A stretch of 64,000 nucleotides of DNA from the human T2T-CHM13v2.0 reference genome, Homo sapiens. The position numbers and the translations under genes are program-made. The notes beneath the pieces were generated by a model, which saw nothing but the letters and a program-made list of their open reading frames with translations, made no database searches and was not told the origin of the DNA. Below, in pieces: positions 51,343-64,000 of this stretch. Every line of letters starts with the position of its first letter. Position 1 is the first letter of the stretch. The stretch lies in NCBI RefSeq assembly GCF_009914755.1, contig NC_060929.1; one strand, written 5' to 3'.

Positions 51343-53867
51343 ACATAACTATGTGGCCAGAGACACCTGAAGATAAAATCCTTAAAGTAGAAAACAAAAA
51401 ACAACCAAACTCCATCATCACATGACAGAATACTTAACCCACATCTTTCAGCATTCTGAAATTAAAGGGAATGTTTTAAAAGCCTTCTAGGCTAGATTGG
51501 TTCAGTCTTATACGGCCACAAATGTTCTCCTGGAAAGAAAAAAATCATATTCTCCTCAAAAGCATTAGGCAGTACGGCACTGATTAATAGGAGCAATAGA
51601 CAAGACTGAAAAGTCTCTCTGCTGGTTCTGCTGGCATATCTAAATTCATATTCATTTAGCAGGCATTTTATGCTTAGTAATGCCCTGTCTTGCACAAAGG
51701 AATAATTCATTCTGGACTGAAATGTGCTACTACTATGTTACAATGTCTCTGTTAGCAAAACTCACAGGTACAGGACATATCATAAACACTCACCAAAAAT
51801 CTTGAGAGACTGTTGCTACTGCAACAGCAGAAAATAAGCCCTGGTTTACTGACATCCTCTCTGACATATGATGTTGGATTCAAATATTTCACTGAGATTG
51901 TGGTATTACAATTTAATACGGAATCTAAAATCCAATTTTGTAGCCCTGCTAGTGAACTTAATGTATATCTCTGGGATAATAGAGTTTAAATTCATTAACT
52001 TTCATTGCAAGATTTATAACAGCCCGAAATATAGTTTTATACCACTTCTTGGGAAGGAAATACAGAAAGAAACAATTTTCTCTTAAGTGTCTGCTCTCCA
52101 GCACAGGTTTTGATGCGAACTATCAACCCAGAAAGTATTAGTTGAATTATTAATTATACTTATTTCTTTATAATGAAGAATACATACAGAGAAACTATAT
52201 CAGCTCTGGAACTGAAAACAACTATGAAATTTCTGATTTAATATGTGAAAGTCATGGATATTTGCATGTTCACTTAAAAAAAGTGAAGTTTCACGAAACA
52301 GGATGATTAATAAAACAATAACGTTCACAGAAAAACAGCCGAAATCTATACTAGAATCACAGAATTTACAGCCTCAAAGTACTGAAAATATATTTTTATT
52401 TTCAGAGGCCTCTCAGTAATGACACGTACAGAACACAAAGCACCCACTTGCTAATTCCAGGATGATATTTTGTACTTGTTGTGTAAACATGTGGCACATG
52501 TGCTGTTTTCTTATCTCAAGCACTAGGAAGCCCCTGCTTAAGAATGCCACCTAAATATTTCACCTTGCAAAGGAATGCAAACACAGTATTTTTAGTTAAC
52601 TTCATAAAATCTCTAAGATTTCTAGAAAGTGCTTTCACAGGCACATTTTAGAGACATAAGCATCTGAACTAAAACTGAAGTCTGAAAAGACTGATAGAGA
52701 ACATTAAATCTCTATATAGGAGTGAAAATATTTTACATGAGAAAGACACAGTTCAATTTAGAATTTTTTAGAAAAACTATGCACAAGTTCCAGTTCAGGA
52801 AGGAGGCTAATTAGCTGATCACAAATTTGCTGATATATTCAAACATGATATTGCTTAGAGGTCTCTCAGGCTTTTTCTAACATATGGGGCCTTGATCAAA
52901 AAACACTCAAGGTACTTTGCAGAAGCTTCCATAATTACAACCTAAGAGAAGATAAGAGAAAGAAAAATACAACTCCCTCAATGTAGCTATCTTGATTTTC
53001 TTTTTCCTAAGGTTAACTCTCTTGTGATGCTGGTTGAAAATACAAATCAGATTCTTCAGAGGATTCAAATCTCAGCACGGAGAGAATATCAGATAAAATA
53101 AAACAATAAAATCTTGTTTCTAGCAGCATTAATACATTTTTTATAAGACGAGCTACCATTCTTTGTTAGGACTACGGTCTATTCAGGCCGGTATAGACAT
53201 CAATAGGAGGCCTCCAGGGATCATGGAACAAAGTAACATTATCCTCCACGATGTAGTCAGAGAGGTGGGGCATATTTCAGTTTCTTTTAGCAGTCATCGA
53301 ATAGGACTCTAAATATCAAAGAATCCCTTGGGGACTTCTTGCACATATGATTTCTTTAGAAAATCATCTAGTTTGTAAAAATGTGCTTCTTTTCATTTGT
53401 CCTAAACTTAACTGATTAAAAGTTTTAAAGAGATTACCATTGTTCTAACTTTTTGGAATTGCTGTTCACATCATTCAAATAGCGAGTGGTTCTAAGCATT
53501 TTTAGATAGATTCCCTATGGCTAAACATCAGCATTTTACATCAGTATTAAACACCAGTATTTTATTAAGATTTCAAGTGACCATCACTTCATCCCTCTGG
53601 GTTTTTGTTGCCCCCTTATAGATTTCATTATTTTTCTTCTGCTATTTGGAGACTATAGTCGAACCGCATCTGGGATTTCAGATATTGTGGAAATATAAAG
53701 GTTGAGTGAGACTTTCTAAAGTTTTTTCTATTGATTGTATTTGCTTTGTTTATGGTATCAAGCATACCACTGGCCTTACTGACTGTATCTGTACACTGAC
53801 CTGCTGTTCTTAAGGGATAGAGGACAAAGGTAAAGATCCATTTTCCTAGGGCAGCATGTATGTGTCT

Positions 53868-53872
<5 letters not shown>

Positions 53873-53918
<46 letters not shown>
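53873..53918. repeat. (TG)23 microsatellite
   Basis: Directly visible, preceded by tgtgtc units. Confidence 0.97.
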
Positions 53919-53921
<3 letters not shown>

Positions 53922-54084
53922 AGGTGCTGGGCTGAAAGCTCAGAATTCTTTATTTAACATACATAATTTCAATCCTTTGAGCTTTCATCCAGAGCACTAA
54001 TGGAGAAGTTAAATAAGAACAGTCTTTGGTAGCTCTGATCCTCAGAAACCCTGTTTTTATCTAATTCTACCCATATAATGAAAG

Positions 54085-54680
54085 AATCTGAGATCTGGAA
54101 GAGAACTCAGAGATCTGCTATCAATAACTTTTCCCTCTAATATTTCTAACATGGAACTTTCAGCCTATTCATGGCATGCCTCAATACAATAGGACAGGTA
54201 TGTATTTAGACAGTTTGAAAGTCTATCTTTTTAGAAGACTAAAATGTGTATCTCTCACTTCAGTCTATTGAATCTAGTGCTTAATTCTCAATGAATATAG
54301 AACAAACTTAGCTCATCAAAAGAACTTTTGACATACTTAACAATAATTGACACAAACCTCTCAAAAACTCAACTTCAGCGCTCTAGGCTAAACATTCATA
54401 GTTCCTTAAAAAGTTCCTCATGTTGCATGATTTTCAGACTTATAATCTTGATTGCATTCCATTGACTAACATCTGTTTTAACTATGGCTCAGTGAAAGCG
54501 TGGTATTTATTGGGACACAGAATGTAGACATACTGTGAATAACTCAAAAGATAGAGTGCGCCTTTGTTGTAGATGCAATATTTCTATCAATGCAGTCTAA
54601 AATGTAGAATAATTATATTGCATTTTGGGTTATAGTTGATTGATTTATGGTCAAATAGATTTTGGATATTTTCATAATTT
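54085..54680 (-). mobile_element. L3/CR1 LINE relic
   Basis: 'tggaagagaactcagagatc', 'ctctaggctaaacattcatagttcctt', 'gttcctcatgttgcatgattttcagac' and 'ctatcaatgcagtctaa' resemble reverse-oriented L3 3' sequence. Confidence 0.6.
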
Positions 54681-56272
54681 CTCCTCAGTGAGGGTTTTCC
54701 AATTTTTTTTACTTGTATCTGTTTTATAAAGCAACCATTTATATATTATATAAGTATATAATTCTGATTTTTGTGGCTGACATAAGGGACAGATGCTTAT
54801 TAATTTATAGTTCAGGATCATAAAATTTATTTTTATATACTTAGTGTCAACATTACTTCAATTTTTTTGACTGTCAAAAATTTCAGAGTTACAACTTGAA
54901 TCAACGCTTTAAGTGATGTAAAGTCTTATGAAAATTTTCACGGAATTAGTATGCATGAATCACGTCAAACATAACATTTTTCCATTTGAACAGTTTGGGA
55001 AAGAGCTTTCTTTGTTTCTAATTCTAGGGCTAGATTTTCAGTAATATTTTAGGATAATCTAAAATTTATGTTCTACTTTGCCCTATATGCAAGCATTCCA
55101 AAAATCAAATTTTTTTTATTAAAAAGGAAAAAAATATCAAAATATATAGAAAATTATTTTTAAACATTTTAGTTAGTGGTATACATCTATATCATATTAA
55201 ACAAATCTTATTGGAAGCTTTGCATGTATGAAACTTCTATAAGTGATTGGCTATAAAAAGTCTGAAACCAAAGTTTAATTCTTTTAGCCAAAATAGACTG
55301 CAGCTATCATTCTGTGAATTCAATTTTCTAGGAAAATTTACCAGCATCCTGAAACCATTTCATGATTGAATGGCTAGTATATTATTCTTGATGTTTTTCT
55401 CTGCAATCAATTCCACTAAACCAATGAAACTCTGTAACAAAATTAGCCTCAATATGAGTACATTCTTCCGGATGTAATAAGGAAACAAGAAATTCATTTC
55501 CAGATAAATTTCAATATTCTAAGAAATGTTTCTTTGGAAAATAGTGATATTGAGAATTATATTCTAAGAGGGTCACCAAAAAAGTAGGGGTTTCTGTTGG
55601 AGCCAGTAGACTTTGTTAATAAGTGTCTATATTGATCATCAGTCTGCAGAATGAGCTGGGGGATCAGCCTTCACTACAGGGCAGCCCAACAACACTACAG
55701 CACAAATTGTCATTGACAGAAAGGAACAGAGAGCTACCACAGTGTCTTCCATCCCATAGCATCCTGAGTGGAACCATTACCCTCCAAAGCTGAAATAAGG
55801 TCATAACTAACCGAAACAATTTATCAGCAGGTGAAAGTCAAATGAAAAAAAATTCAACCAAAATGTATACATAAGACCTTAAAGTAGAGCCAAAGACAAT
55901 GATAAAGTTACATGTCCCAGTTTGTGAAAATATAATGTGTGTAATCTACAGATAAGAGATCAAATGCGAAGAGGACTTGTTTTCATATCAACCACTAATT
56001 GTAACATATTAGACAATCACTTTATTTTTCTGTATCCAAAAGGAGTTGATCATCTTGTCTTCTTTGCAAGAAACATATCTAGACACATCTTAATCTTGAG
56101 TTTGCTTGTGTGTACTATCTTGAAGTAAATTGCTGACCATCATATCTTTTTTCTATTGAACAGTTCTTCTGCAGAGTTTAGGATGTGTCAAATCTAGTGT
56201 AAGCATAGCGTTTACAGACACATGTCATTCCAGTGATCAGTGTACAGTCTACAAAACCGTGTGTAATACGAG

Positions 56273-56872
56273 TGTGCAGTAGATGTTAACCTTACCCAAG
56301 GAGGAGTCTGTTTTTCACCCTCAGCAACTTGAAGGTAATCTCTAAGCCCTTGGAATGGCCTGTCTGAGAAGAGTATTTTTGTTTCCCAGGGGGCTCTGGG
56401 CCACACCAGATAGCCTATGCTAACATTGTGGTTTACAGTGGGGTCTTCAGGTCAGCTTGACCACTGAAAAGGAGGAAACTAAGGTTAGCCATACAGATGG
56501 TCAACCATGTCTAAATGTAGGAGCTTCCACAAAAACTCTGAATACCAACGCTAAGGTGAGCTTCCTAGTTGGCAATACTCTGGGCTTACTGTCACGTAAC
56601 ATTGCTGAGAGAACTTACTACTCTCCAGAAGTCTCCAAGACAACTGAAAGCTCATTCCTGGACTCTCCTGGACTCTGCCCCATATGTCTCTTCCCTTAGA
56701 TGATCTGTATCCATATCCTTTCATCGTGATAAACGATAACTGTATGATAATTTTAGTTGTGTTTGTGAGTTTTTCTATTGAATTATCAAACCTGAGAATG
56801 ATCTTGGGGAACTGTGAATGTGCAATTGATGTCAAAAGTGAGGGTGGGTTTAGGGAATCCTGAATTTGTGAT
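56273..56872 (+). mobile_element. MER21/MER77-family LTR
   Basis: 'tgtgcagtagatgttaaccttacccaa...ggtaatctctaagcccttggaatg...ggtgagcttcctagttggcaatactct...gactctgccccatatgtctcttccctt...gaattatcaaacctgagaatgatcttgggaac'. Confidence 0.75.
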
Positions 56873-59687
56873 GAGTAATTGGTATTGAAGGGCTACAGGT
56901 TTCATCTAAGTTTTGTTGTCTGAAACATTGACAGTTGGAAAAGGAACCTCAATTGTCTGAAAGGGTTGTATCTACAACTTCCCCAACATCATGCGCCAGC
57001 GTGTGACAGACATTCAGGCTTTAAAGTTGATTGTGAACTTACTTTCTATTCTGATTCTTTGAATAAATCCTCAAAGGACAATCCATTGAAATTTGTTTAT
57101 TTTGGCCCATAAGTATACTTTCTAAACTTTCTACTGTTAGGTTCTACTCTCTCTATTTTACTTGCTGTTCTTATTTTCAATTTCTGGATGATATTTATTC
57201 TCATGGGCATAAACCTAATAAGCATATCAAACAACCAGTGTTACTTGTCCTCTTGCATATTTCAGTAACAAAAAATCCAACTTCTTTATTCTCCTGTATT
57301 TCTTTAATATCATTTCCATAAAAGCTTATAGGTCCTTTGAGAAATACTACTTTGTCCATCTACTTGGGTTTCTTTTGAAATCCCTTAAGAAACTGCAGTC
57401 AGATTTTCTTAAAGCTATCGTGCATGGTCATATATATAATAATTCTGCACCATAATTCATATTGGATATTAATTTTATCTATGTTCTTTTTAAAATGATG
57501 TTTTGTTCCATAAACCCTTTGAAAAATCTAGACCCTGTTTGCTTCAGAGACTTCTTTGCTTCCCAAGATTTCTCCATGAAACTACCTGAGGCTTTCAAAC
57601 TGCTTATTTAACTTCAAAAATCTAATTATAGAACATTTTTGCTTGATGGGAGAAGTGAAAAACAAAACATGGGGCAGGTTCCATAGTCTCTCTTTCACAC
57701 GGGCATGATCCATTTAAACCATTAAAATGAATATATGGGTTCTCTAAAAAAATTATTTCCATTCCCATTGTTGCTCTCAAGAAATTTCTTGTGGCTCTAA
57801 AGTTTGCTTTCTATTGTAACTATGTAAAAAAGTAGATTTTTGGCTTCAAGAAATACTATACTTTACTGAATGAATCTGGCTTTGCTTCATGTTCCTCATG
57901 TATATAAATCTCTGATTATAGCCCAAGAAATTCTTTACTACACCACAAATTTGATGTTCACTTACAATTCTTGTAGCATGATTTGCACTCTACTGCTCCT
58001 TCTGTTAGATTTTTTTTTTCTGAAAATGCACAAATGAAAGATTCCAATAATAATTGGCCAAAACATAGGCAAAGGTGTTTTTTTCCCTACCCTGGCAATA
58101 AAAGTCCACATTTCCGGCCCTTCATTGCTTCTCAAATTGCCAGATTCTCTTTGGTTTCCATGTAGTTGACATGAAAGCTGGTTTGGGAACATATTTCTTC
58201 ATTGGGAAAGAGAACTGTGTGATAGCTTTCTAAAATTCATTATTTCTTAGATCCTCTGGAATTTGAGAGTATTGGAAAAGAGGAGGAAATAGCACATTTT
58301 TGATAGTATTTTTTTTAGAACATTTAACTTCTGGCTTTTCGTAGAAGAGTTCAACTGCTCCTAAAAAGATATGGGATTAGGGAATCCTATTCTGCCCAGT
58401 AGTATCAACTTGTCTATTACTGGCAAGCTGGCATAGGCAATACTTGTGATTCCCTAGTCCACTGTGAGAGTGACAAGTTGAGCTAGGAATTGCCAACATC
58501 CCAGTCAGCCCGATGAGAGACCAAAGGGACTGGGGCAGAGTGGCCATCTCCATTCATTCTACGGACTGTTTTCTTGCATAACTTTGGCTTTAAGTAGCTG
58601 GAGAGCTGGTAGCTCTTTAGAAAGAGCCCCAAGAGCCTCACTAAGAAGTTCATGTTACCTTTTGTTATTAGGTCTTGACCTTGGGAAAAAGACGTAGTGA
58701 AAAATCAAAGCAAAAGAGTCCATCCTCCTTGACTGTTACCTTCCTTTCCCCAAGCTTGCTGTCATTTAGAATGTAGAGTCTAAAAGCCAGTAGGTAGGAT
58801 ACACCACCATATTTAACTTCTTTTATGATGAAAGTCTCCTTAAGTAATGACAATATCTTAGGAAATATATCACATAGGATGATTGCCTATAAAGATTTAT
58901 GAAACATAAAATATGCCATTCTAAACTGTGGCTATATATTTAAACTATCTGCCTTCCACTACTCAGATTTTGACTGCCATAAGAAATATTCCCACAGAAA
59001 AAGTAGAATTGGGAAACCATCTGCTTTTCAAAGACATCTCCAGGAGATATTACCAGGAATAGTTGGAAAGTAAGGGCATCTACTTTTTTCTTTTTAGTAG
59101 AACATGAGAAATGTAGAAATGCCTTTCCTCTTTTCTATAAAAGTACAGAGCAACTTGCCTCTCTATTGAAGCTCAAAACTCATCTCTCAAACTCTCATCT
59201 GAAATCACACTATGTATTTTCCATCTCATCAGAACAATTTGAGACTCTACCCCTGACTCTACCCTTCATGGTAGATATATAAATGATGTGGCAGTAGAGA
59301 AATTGGTGTATTTGGTAATTCTTCCCGCATTAGGAGACTTTTCCTCACTTCAAGTCTCATTGAAGAGTTTCACCCTATCCTTGTCAGAAATGACTTAATA
59401 TCGAGCTCTATGTATGAACACAGAAGTGATTTAAGCACTCAGCCATGTGACTTCTAAGCCAGACTCATGATGAGGGGAAAAGAGTATTAGGGAGAGGAGA
59501 CAATCCTGGAGATGGATGCAGGGGTGGCAAAGTGGAATCGTACAGCTGAAGCAGGGTGCCTAGGTGTGAGCGTAAGCATGTATTGCCTAGGCACAGAAAG
59601 TAGTCATTCTCCTTTATCCTCTCTCCTGAGTATCCTCAGTAGACCATCTGGTCCAGCTACAAGACATAGAAGATCTTAACTGGAAAC

Positions 59688-59800
59688 AAGGTTGCAAGAT
59701 CAAATATTTTGAATATACTTATACTAAAGAATGTATCATTTATCTGAATTTAAGTTTAACTAGGTGTCAGTATTTTTATTTGCCAAATCTGGCAACACTA
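59688..59800. mobile_element. MER53 hAT MITE with most of one arm deleted
   Basis: Left TIR stub 'aggttgcaagat' joined directly to the centre and right arm 'atacttatactaaag...tttatctgaatttaagtttaactaggtgtcagtatttttatttgccaaatctggcaacacta'. Confidence 0.75.
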
Positions 59801-60795
59801 TATGAAGAACATGAGGAATGCTAGACCTAAGCTGAGCAGTCACTAACTCTTCTTTGGGATAAGCTAAATTTTGGGTCTTTTTTCTTTTCTTAATGAGTTG
59901 AGGGCATATTATTATTAAAATATGCTTGATCTCAGAAGAGAAAAGTAAACTTTGCTATTACTTATGGCTATTGGGGTATTACCAAAAAGAAGAAAAGAAA
60001 TAAAAGTGCAATTTTGTTATGTAAAAGTTATATTATTTTCACTCATATATGAGGAATGTCTTCCTTTAATTATTATTAAATATCAGACATTTCATTTATC
60101 TGTTCAAAATTGATGTTGTTTCTAACTTTACTGGAAATGAGGAAATTAGTTCTTGTGTTCAGTTTTCTGAGTTTGGTCCTCTGCTCACAGCTTCAGAAAA
60201 ACCGAGAGGACTGCCTCTTCACACAGGTATAATAACTGAATCCATCTTTGGTTAAAGTTATTTTTTAAGCAGTTTTGTGTCTCAAATTATGCCAGAAGTT
60301 TTTTGATGATGAGAAATGTGTTGCCTCTGTAATAAGTGTCCCCACACGGCTTATTACAGGTGTATTTGTCCCAAGAGTGCTCTATACATATTAACACACT
60401 TTCTCTTTGAGATTCAACCAAAGGAACTACGTAAAAATCATTGCCAAATGATTAACTTTATAGGGAGTGGCAGATTCAGAAATCTTTTTATAGTTTCCCA
60501 TAAACATGGATATATGACAGGTATCATTTGTTCTTTTTCAGATTTAAACTGTGAAAAAGTAGAAAAATACTGCCACATTAATTAAGACATTGTGAAACTG
60601 TTAAGGGGGAGACTTTTAATTGCTTAACATATTGCAGCTGATGATGTGATGGTGGATAGTAAAAATGGCAATATGTATCATGTAGAACTAAAGTCCTTGA
60701 GCATTTTTTTTTATCATATAATAAACAATCAAAATATTAGTTGTTTGGTGATTATTTAGAAATAAAATGGGTTGAAATTTTTGCTATATTCTAAT

Positions 60796-61220
60796 TGATA
60801 TAGTTTGGATATTTGTCCCCTCCAAATCTCATGTCAAAATGCGATCCTCAATGTTGGAGCTGTAGCCTAGGGGGAGGTGCTGGGTCATGGGGGCAGATCC
60901 CTCTTGTATGGCTTGGTGCCCTCCCTATTGTATTGAATGAGTTCTTGCTCTATTAGTTCACAGAAGAGCTGGTTGTTAAAAAATAATGTGTCACCTTATC
61001 CTCTCTCTCTTGCTCCCTCTCTTGCCACGTGATGAGCCTTCTCCCTCCTTGACTTCCATCATGAGTAAAAAAAGCTTCCTGATGCCTCACCAGAAGCCAA
61101 GCAGATTCTGTTGCCATTCTTGCACAGCCTGTAGAACCATGAGCCAAATAAACCTCCTTTCTTTATAAATTACCCAGTCTTAGGCATTCCTTAATCGTAA
61201 TACAAAATGGACTAACACCA
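60796..61220 (+). mobile_element. MST (MSTB-like) solo LTR
   Basis: 'tgatatagtttggatatttgtcccctccaaatctcatg...gtagaaccatgagccaaataaacctcctttctttataaattacccagtc...ggactaacacca' with 5-bp TSD ctaat/ctagt. Confidence 0.92.
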
Positions 61221-62748
61221 CTAGTCAATGGTTACTGCATACTTAAACTATCAAAATAATGACATAGTTTCTATCATACTCAGATTGATCGAGTACTTGT
61301 TTTCCTAGTAGGAAAGAAAACTATCAGATTCACCTAAAATAGCATCGTAGTTTTTTCTATTCAAAATGCTAATTTTCTCTCAGCTAACATCTCCTGCTTT
61401 CATCAGGTTCATCACTACCTCTTAATGAATGATAACATCACTGAATTTTAAACAATTTATTAAAGTTTGATAGTCTTGATCATTCTACTGGGGAGCTAAT
61501 CGCTAATCAATATTTTTAATATGTTAGCATTTTTAATCAATGCATAGAGTCACAGTTGGGCTAACACTTGATGATTTTTCTTAGTAGTTGTATAAGAATG
61601 ACTTAAATAAAAGCATGAGTAACTTTTTTCACTGAGAAATATTGTCATTATGCAATTAGGTCTATTAATAAATAAGTCACACACAAACATGAGATATTCA
61701 GAATTTTAAGTGTACACGTTTTTAGTGATTTCTGATGAGTGGTGGAAGATTGAGAAGATAAAAATAGGAAGATTTTAACTTTTTTGGCATTTGAGCACTG
61801 GGAAAAGTAAGGTGATAAAGCATGTAATAATAAACAACATTTAAATTATTTTTCATTTATGAATATTTTACTTTGATAATACTGCTATGTAACATATTCC
61901 TTATGTTTTCACACATATTTTTTCCTTTTTTGCAGAAACATGTGCTAACTAGAAAAACTATATTGTTTCAAACTTTAAGGGAGTTTATCAAACTCCCTGA
62001 AAATGTAACTCTGAGTTTTGGAGAAAAAAGATAATTAGCAAGAAAAAACAATAAGCATGTATTTACTCCTTATTATCATATTATCCTGACTTGTTTTCTG
62101 CTTTCTCCATAAATTTATTGAGAACGATGTTTCATAGCATCTGTACTAGGTGGTTATCTGTCATTAAATAACAGTCACACCAGTAGGGACATTCTTCCTG
62201 CTCCTTGCCCCCAACCCACCCTAATATTGGTGAATTTTATGAATTTTCTGCCTGATGTATATTTGTTTCTACCACCTAATTGTTGTTAGACAGCATTCTG
62301 CTTTTGCTCTTTTGTCTTTTAACGATGAAGGTTAAAACATCCAAATGCCAACAAGAAAAGTAAATGATTCATTGTCCAAAATTAACTGCATATTTCACAT
62401 TGACAGTGTTTAATATTAGAAAATGTGAACTAATATACAAAGGATTTTCTTAGAAACCTCAAAATTAATCCTTAAAGAAGGACAACTGGCTTTCAATTGA
62501 TGTTTCCAAATAAACTGAATGACTTCTTAAAAAATCACTGAGCTCCTTCAGACAGAATGGCTTCTGGTTGTTCCTGTGGCTAATGAGTCACTCTGGTTTG
62601 TCTTTCATTTCCAGCATGTAGCTAGTTGTTCCATTCTACAGTTGCACTTACATTGGGCACTAGCCCTCTCTCTGCTCATCTCTATCCCATAAGCCGCACC
62701 TCCTGTTGTCCCCTTCCTTTCCTGCTCTTAAACCCTTCTTTACCCTGC

Positions 62749-62781
62749 ATCCAAGAACAAACATCTTAGTTGTTCTTGGAT
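62749..62781. repeat. Perfect 12-bp inverted repeat with 9-nt spacer
   Basis: atccaagaacaa-acatcttag-ttgttcttggat. Confidence 0.9.
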
Positions 62782-63293
62782 CTAGGTAGGACACTTGCAG
62801 CTTATGTTAAACATGGAAATGGAAGCATAATACTTTTTTAGGAGACCCAGGGCTATTTGCTTGTGGACTTGCATCCATTTTTTTCTGTCTTGTTTTTGAC
62901 CCCAGGCCTCCACTTCACAACTGATTCTGATAAGTGGGTCCCTATTATGTTCTCTGTGTACCTTAACAACTGCTATCACACTACTCATTGATGACAATAT
63001 GCTGCTTTCTGAATTCAGTTTATTTAACTAGATTGTCCTTTCCCAACTCAGCAGGCAGATCTAGGCCTGCAAACCACTTTCACTTTGCTAAGTCAATTAT
63101 TCTGTACTTAGATATTTCCTGATACATTTCATTCTTGGTCAGAGGCCTTAGCAAAATTTACAAGCATCCCATTCTATTTTGGGCATACCAGCACATATCC
63201 TAGTCAGGTCTCATAATATTAAATTACAAGTAGAAAAGCAGAGAAACTTCTGAATAACAGTTGATACCAAATGGTATTTATTTAAATAACAAT

Positions 63294-63414
63294 ATCCATG
63301 ATGTGCTTATTACACATTGCATGCCTGTATTAAAACATCTCATGTACCCCATAAATATACATACCTGTCTATGTACACACACAAGTTAAAAATATGCAAA
63401 TTAAAATAAATAAA
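63294..63414 (+). mobile_element. Extremely 5'-truncated L1MA 3' end (~120 bp) with TSD
   Basis: 'atccatgatgtgcttattacacattgcatgcctgtattaaaacatctcatgtaccccataaatatac' plus a (TAAA)n tail. TSD taaataacaat at 63283-63293 and 63415-63425. Confidence 0.85.
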
Positions 63415-64000
63415 TAAATAACAATGTTCTTATTTTTAGACGATTTGAAATAATATAATGGTCTTCTTAACTTTAGTTTCAATTAAGTCACTCAGCCACT
63501 GAATAAGTAAAATAAAGTGACTACATGAATTTCTATCATGTAGGGGCACACTTCACTTGCTATTACTGAATCCTAGTGTTTTGTATAAAGTCATGTATTT
63601 TTTGGAAATTGCTTTTTGGAAAGCAGCCTCCGTTCCTTCCTTCTCTGCCTTATTTGAAAAGAGTAACAGGACTCTGAATGGATGAAACTAATGGTCTCCA
63701 TGCAATATGGAGTGAAACCGTCCTTGATCCTGCTGCTCAGAAACATGCAGCTGCTCCCTCTTGAAAGACAATTCACTCCCTTTGCTTTTCCCCCTGCTAT
63801 CATCTTCCTCTGTGATTGCCACTGACAATTCCATTTTATTTACTCCCTAAGGGATTCTTCAGGTTCTAAGTTTCTCACCCAGATCAAATTTCAAAAGAAC
63901 AGCATGAGTATTATTGACTACTCATCTGACCTCTGCCTTACCCATGAGTTGGACTTTCAAGGTATTAAACATTCAAATTTAATTTCAGCTCTCCAAAACT

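Larger units (their letters stand above)
50078..64000 (-). other. EDIL3: EDIL3 last intron (continues beyond the window)
   Basis: No upstream discoidin-coding exon was found in the window, so the preceding exon must lie beyond 64000. Confidence 0.8.

Noticed and set aside
58483-58550. Possible MER81/MER94-like mini element with inverted ends
   Set aside because: Too short and degenerate to call without alignment.

Overview
This is AT-rich, CpG-poor primate (human-like) genomic DNA with no prokaryotic features. The only host coding sequence I can support is missed by the ORF track because it has no ATG: a minus-strand terminal exon with CDS at 49928-50077, translating as [50 protein letters not shown] recognise this as the C-terminus (second discoidin/F5-8 type C domain) of EDIL3/Del-1. 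Its ~2.9 kb 3'UTR runs to ~47.06-47.1 kb, 50078-64000 is its last intron, and 1-47 kb is downstream intergenic DNA. The rest is mostly transposon relics: a 5'-truncated L1PA with the RT part of ORF2, a multiply deleted older L1 carrying a nested THE1 LTR, five Alus, a MER41A solo LTR, an ERV-L integrase/dUTPase remnant with its MLT2 LTR, MaLR LTRs, MIR/L2/L3, hAT MITEs and microsatellites. Best leads: (1) a perfect 44-bp direct repeat exactly 1000 bp apart with templated-insertion signatures; (2) a near-consensus CTCF motif between the two copies; (3) a possible distal EDIL3 3'UTR extension with further AATAAA and miR-137 sites; (4) an in-frame L1 ORF1-ORF2 fusion junction; (5) an MLT1D LTR ending in an A-tail at its poly(A) site. 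I find no convincing evidence of a wholly new biological system. Repeat subfamily names come from my memory of consensus sequences, not from a search.
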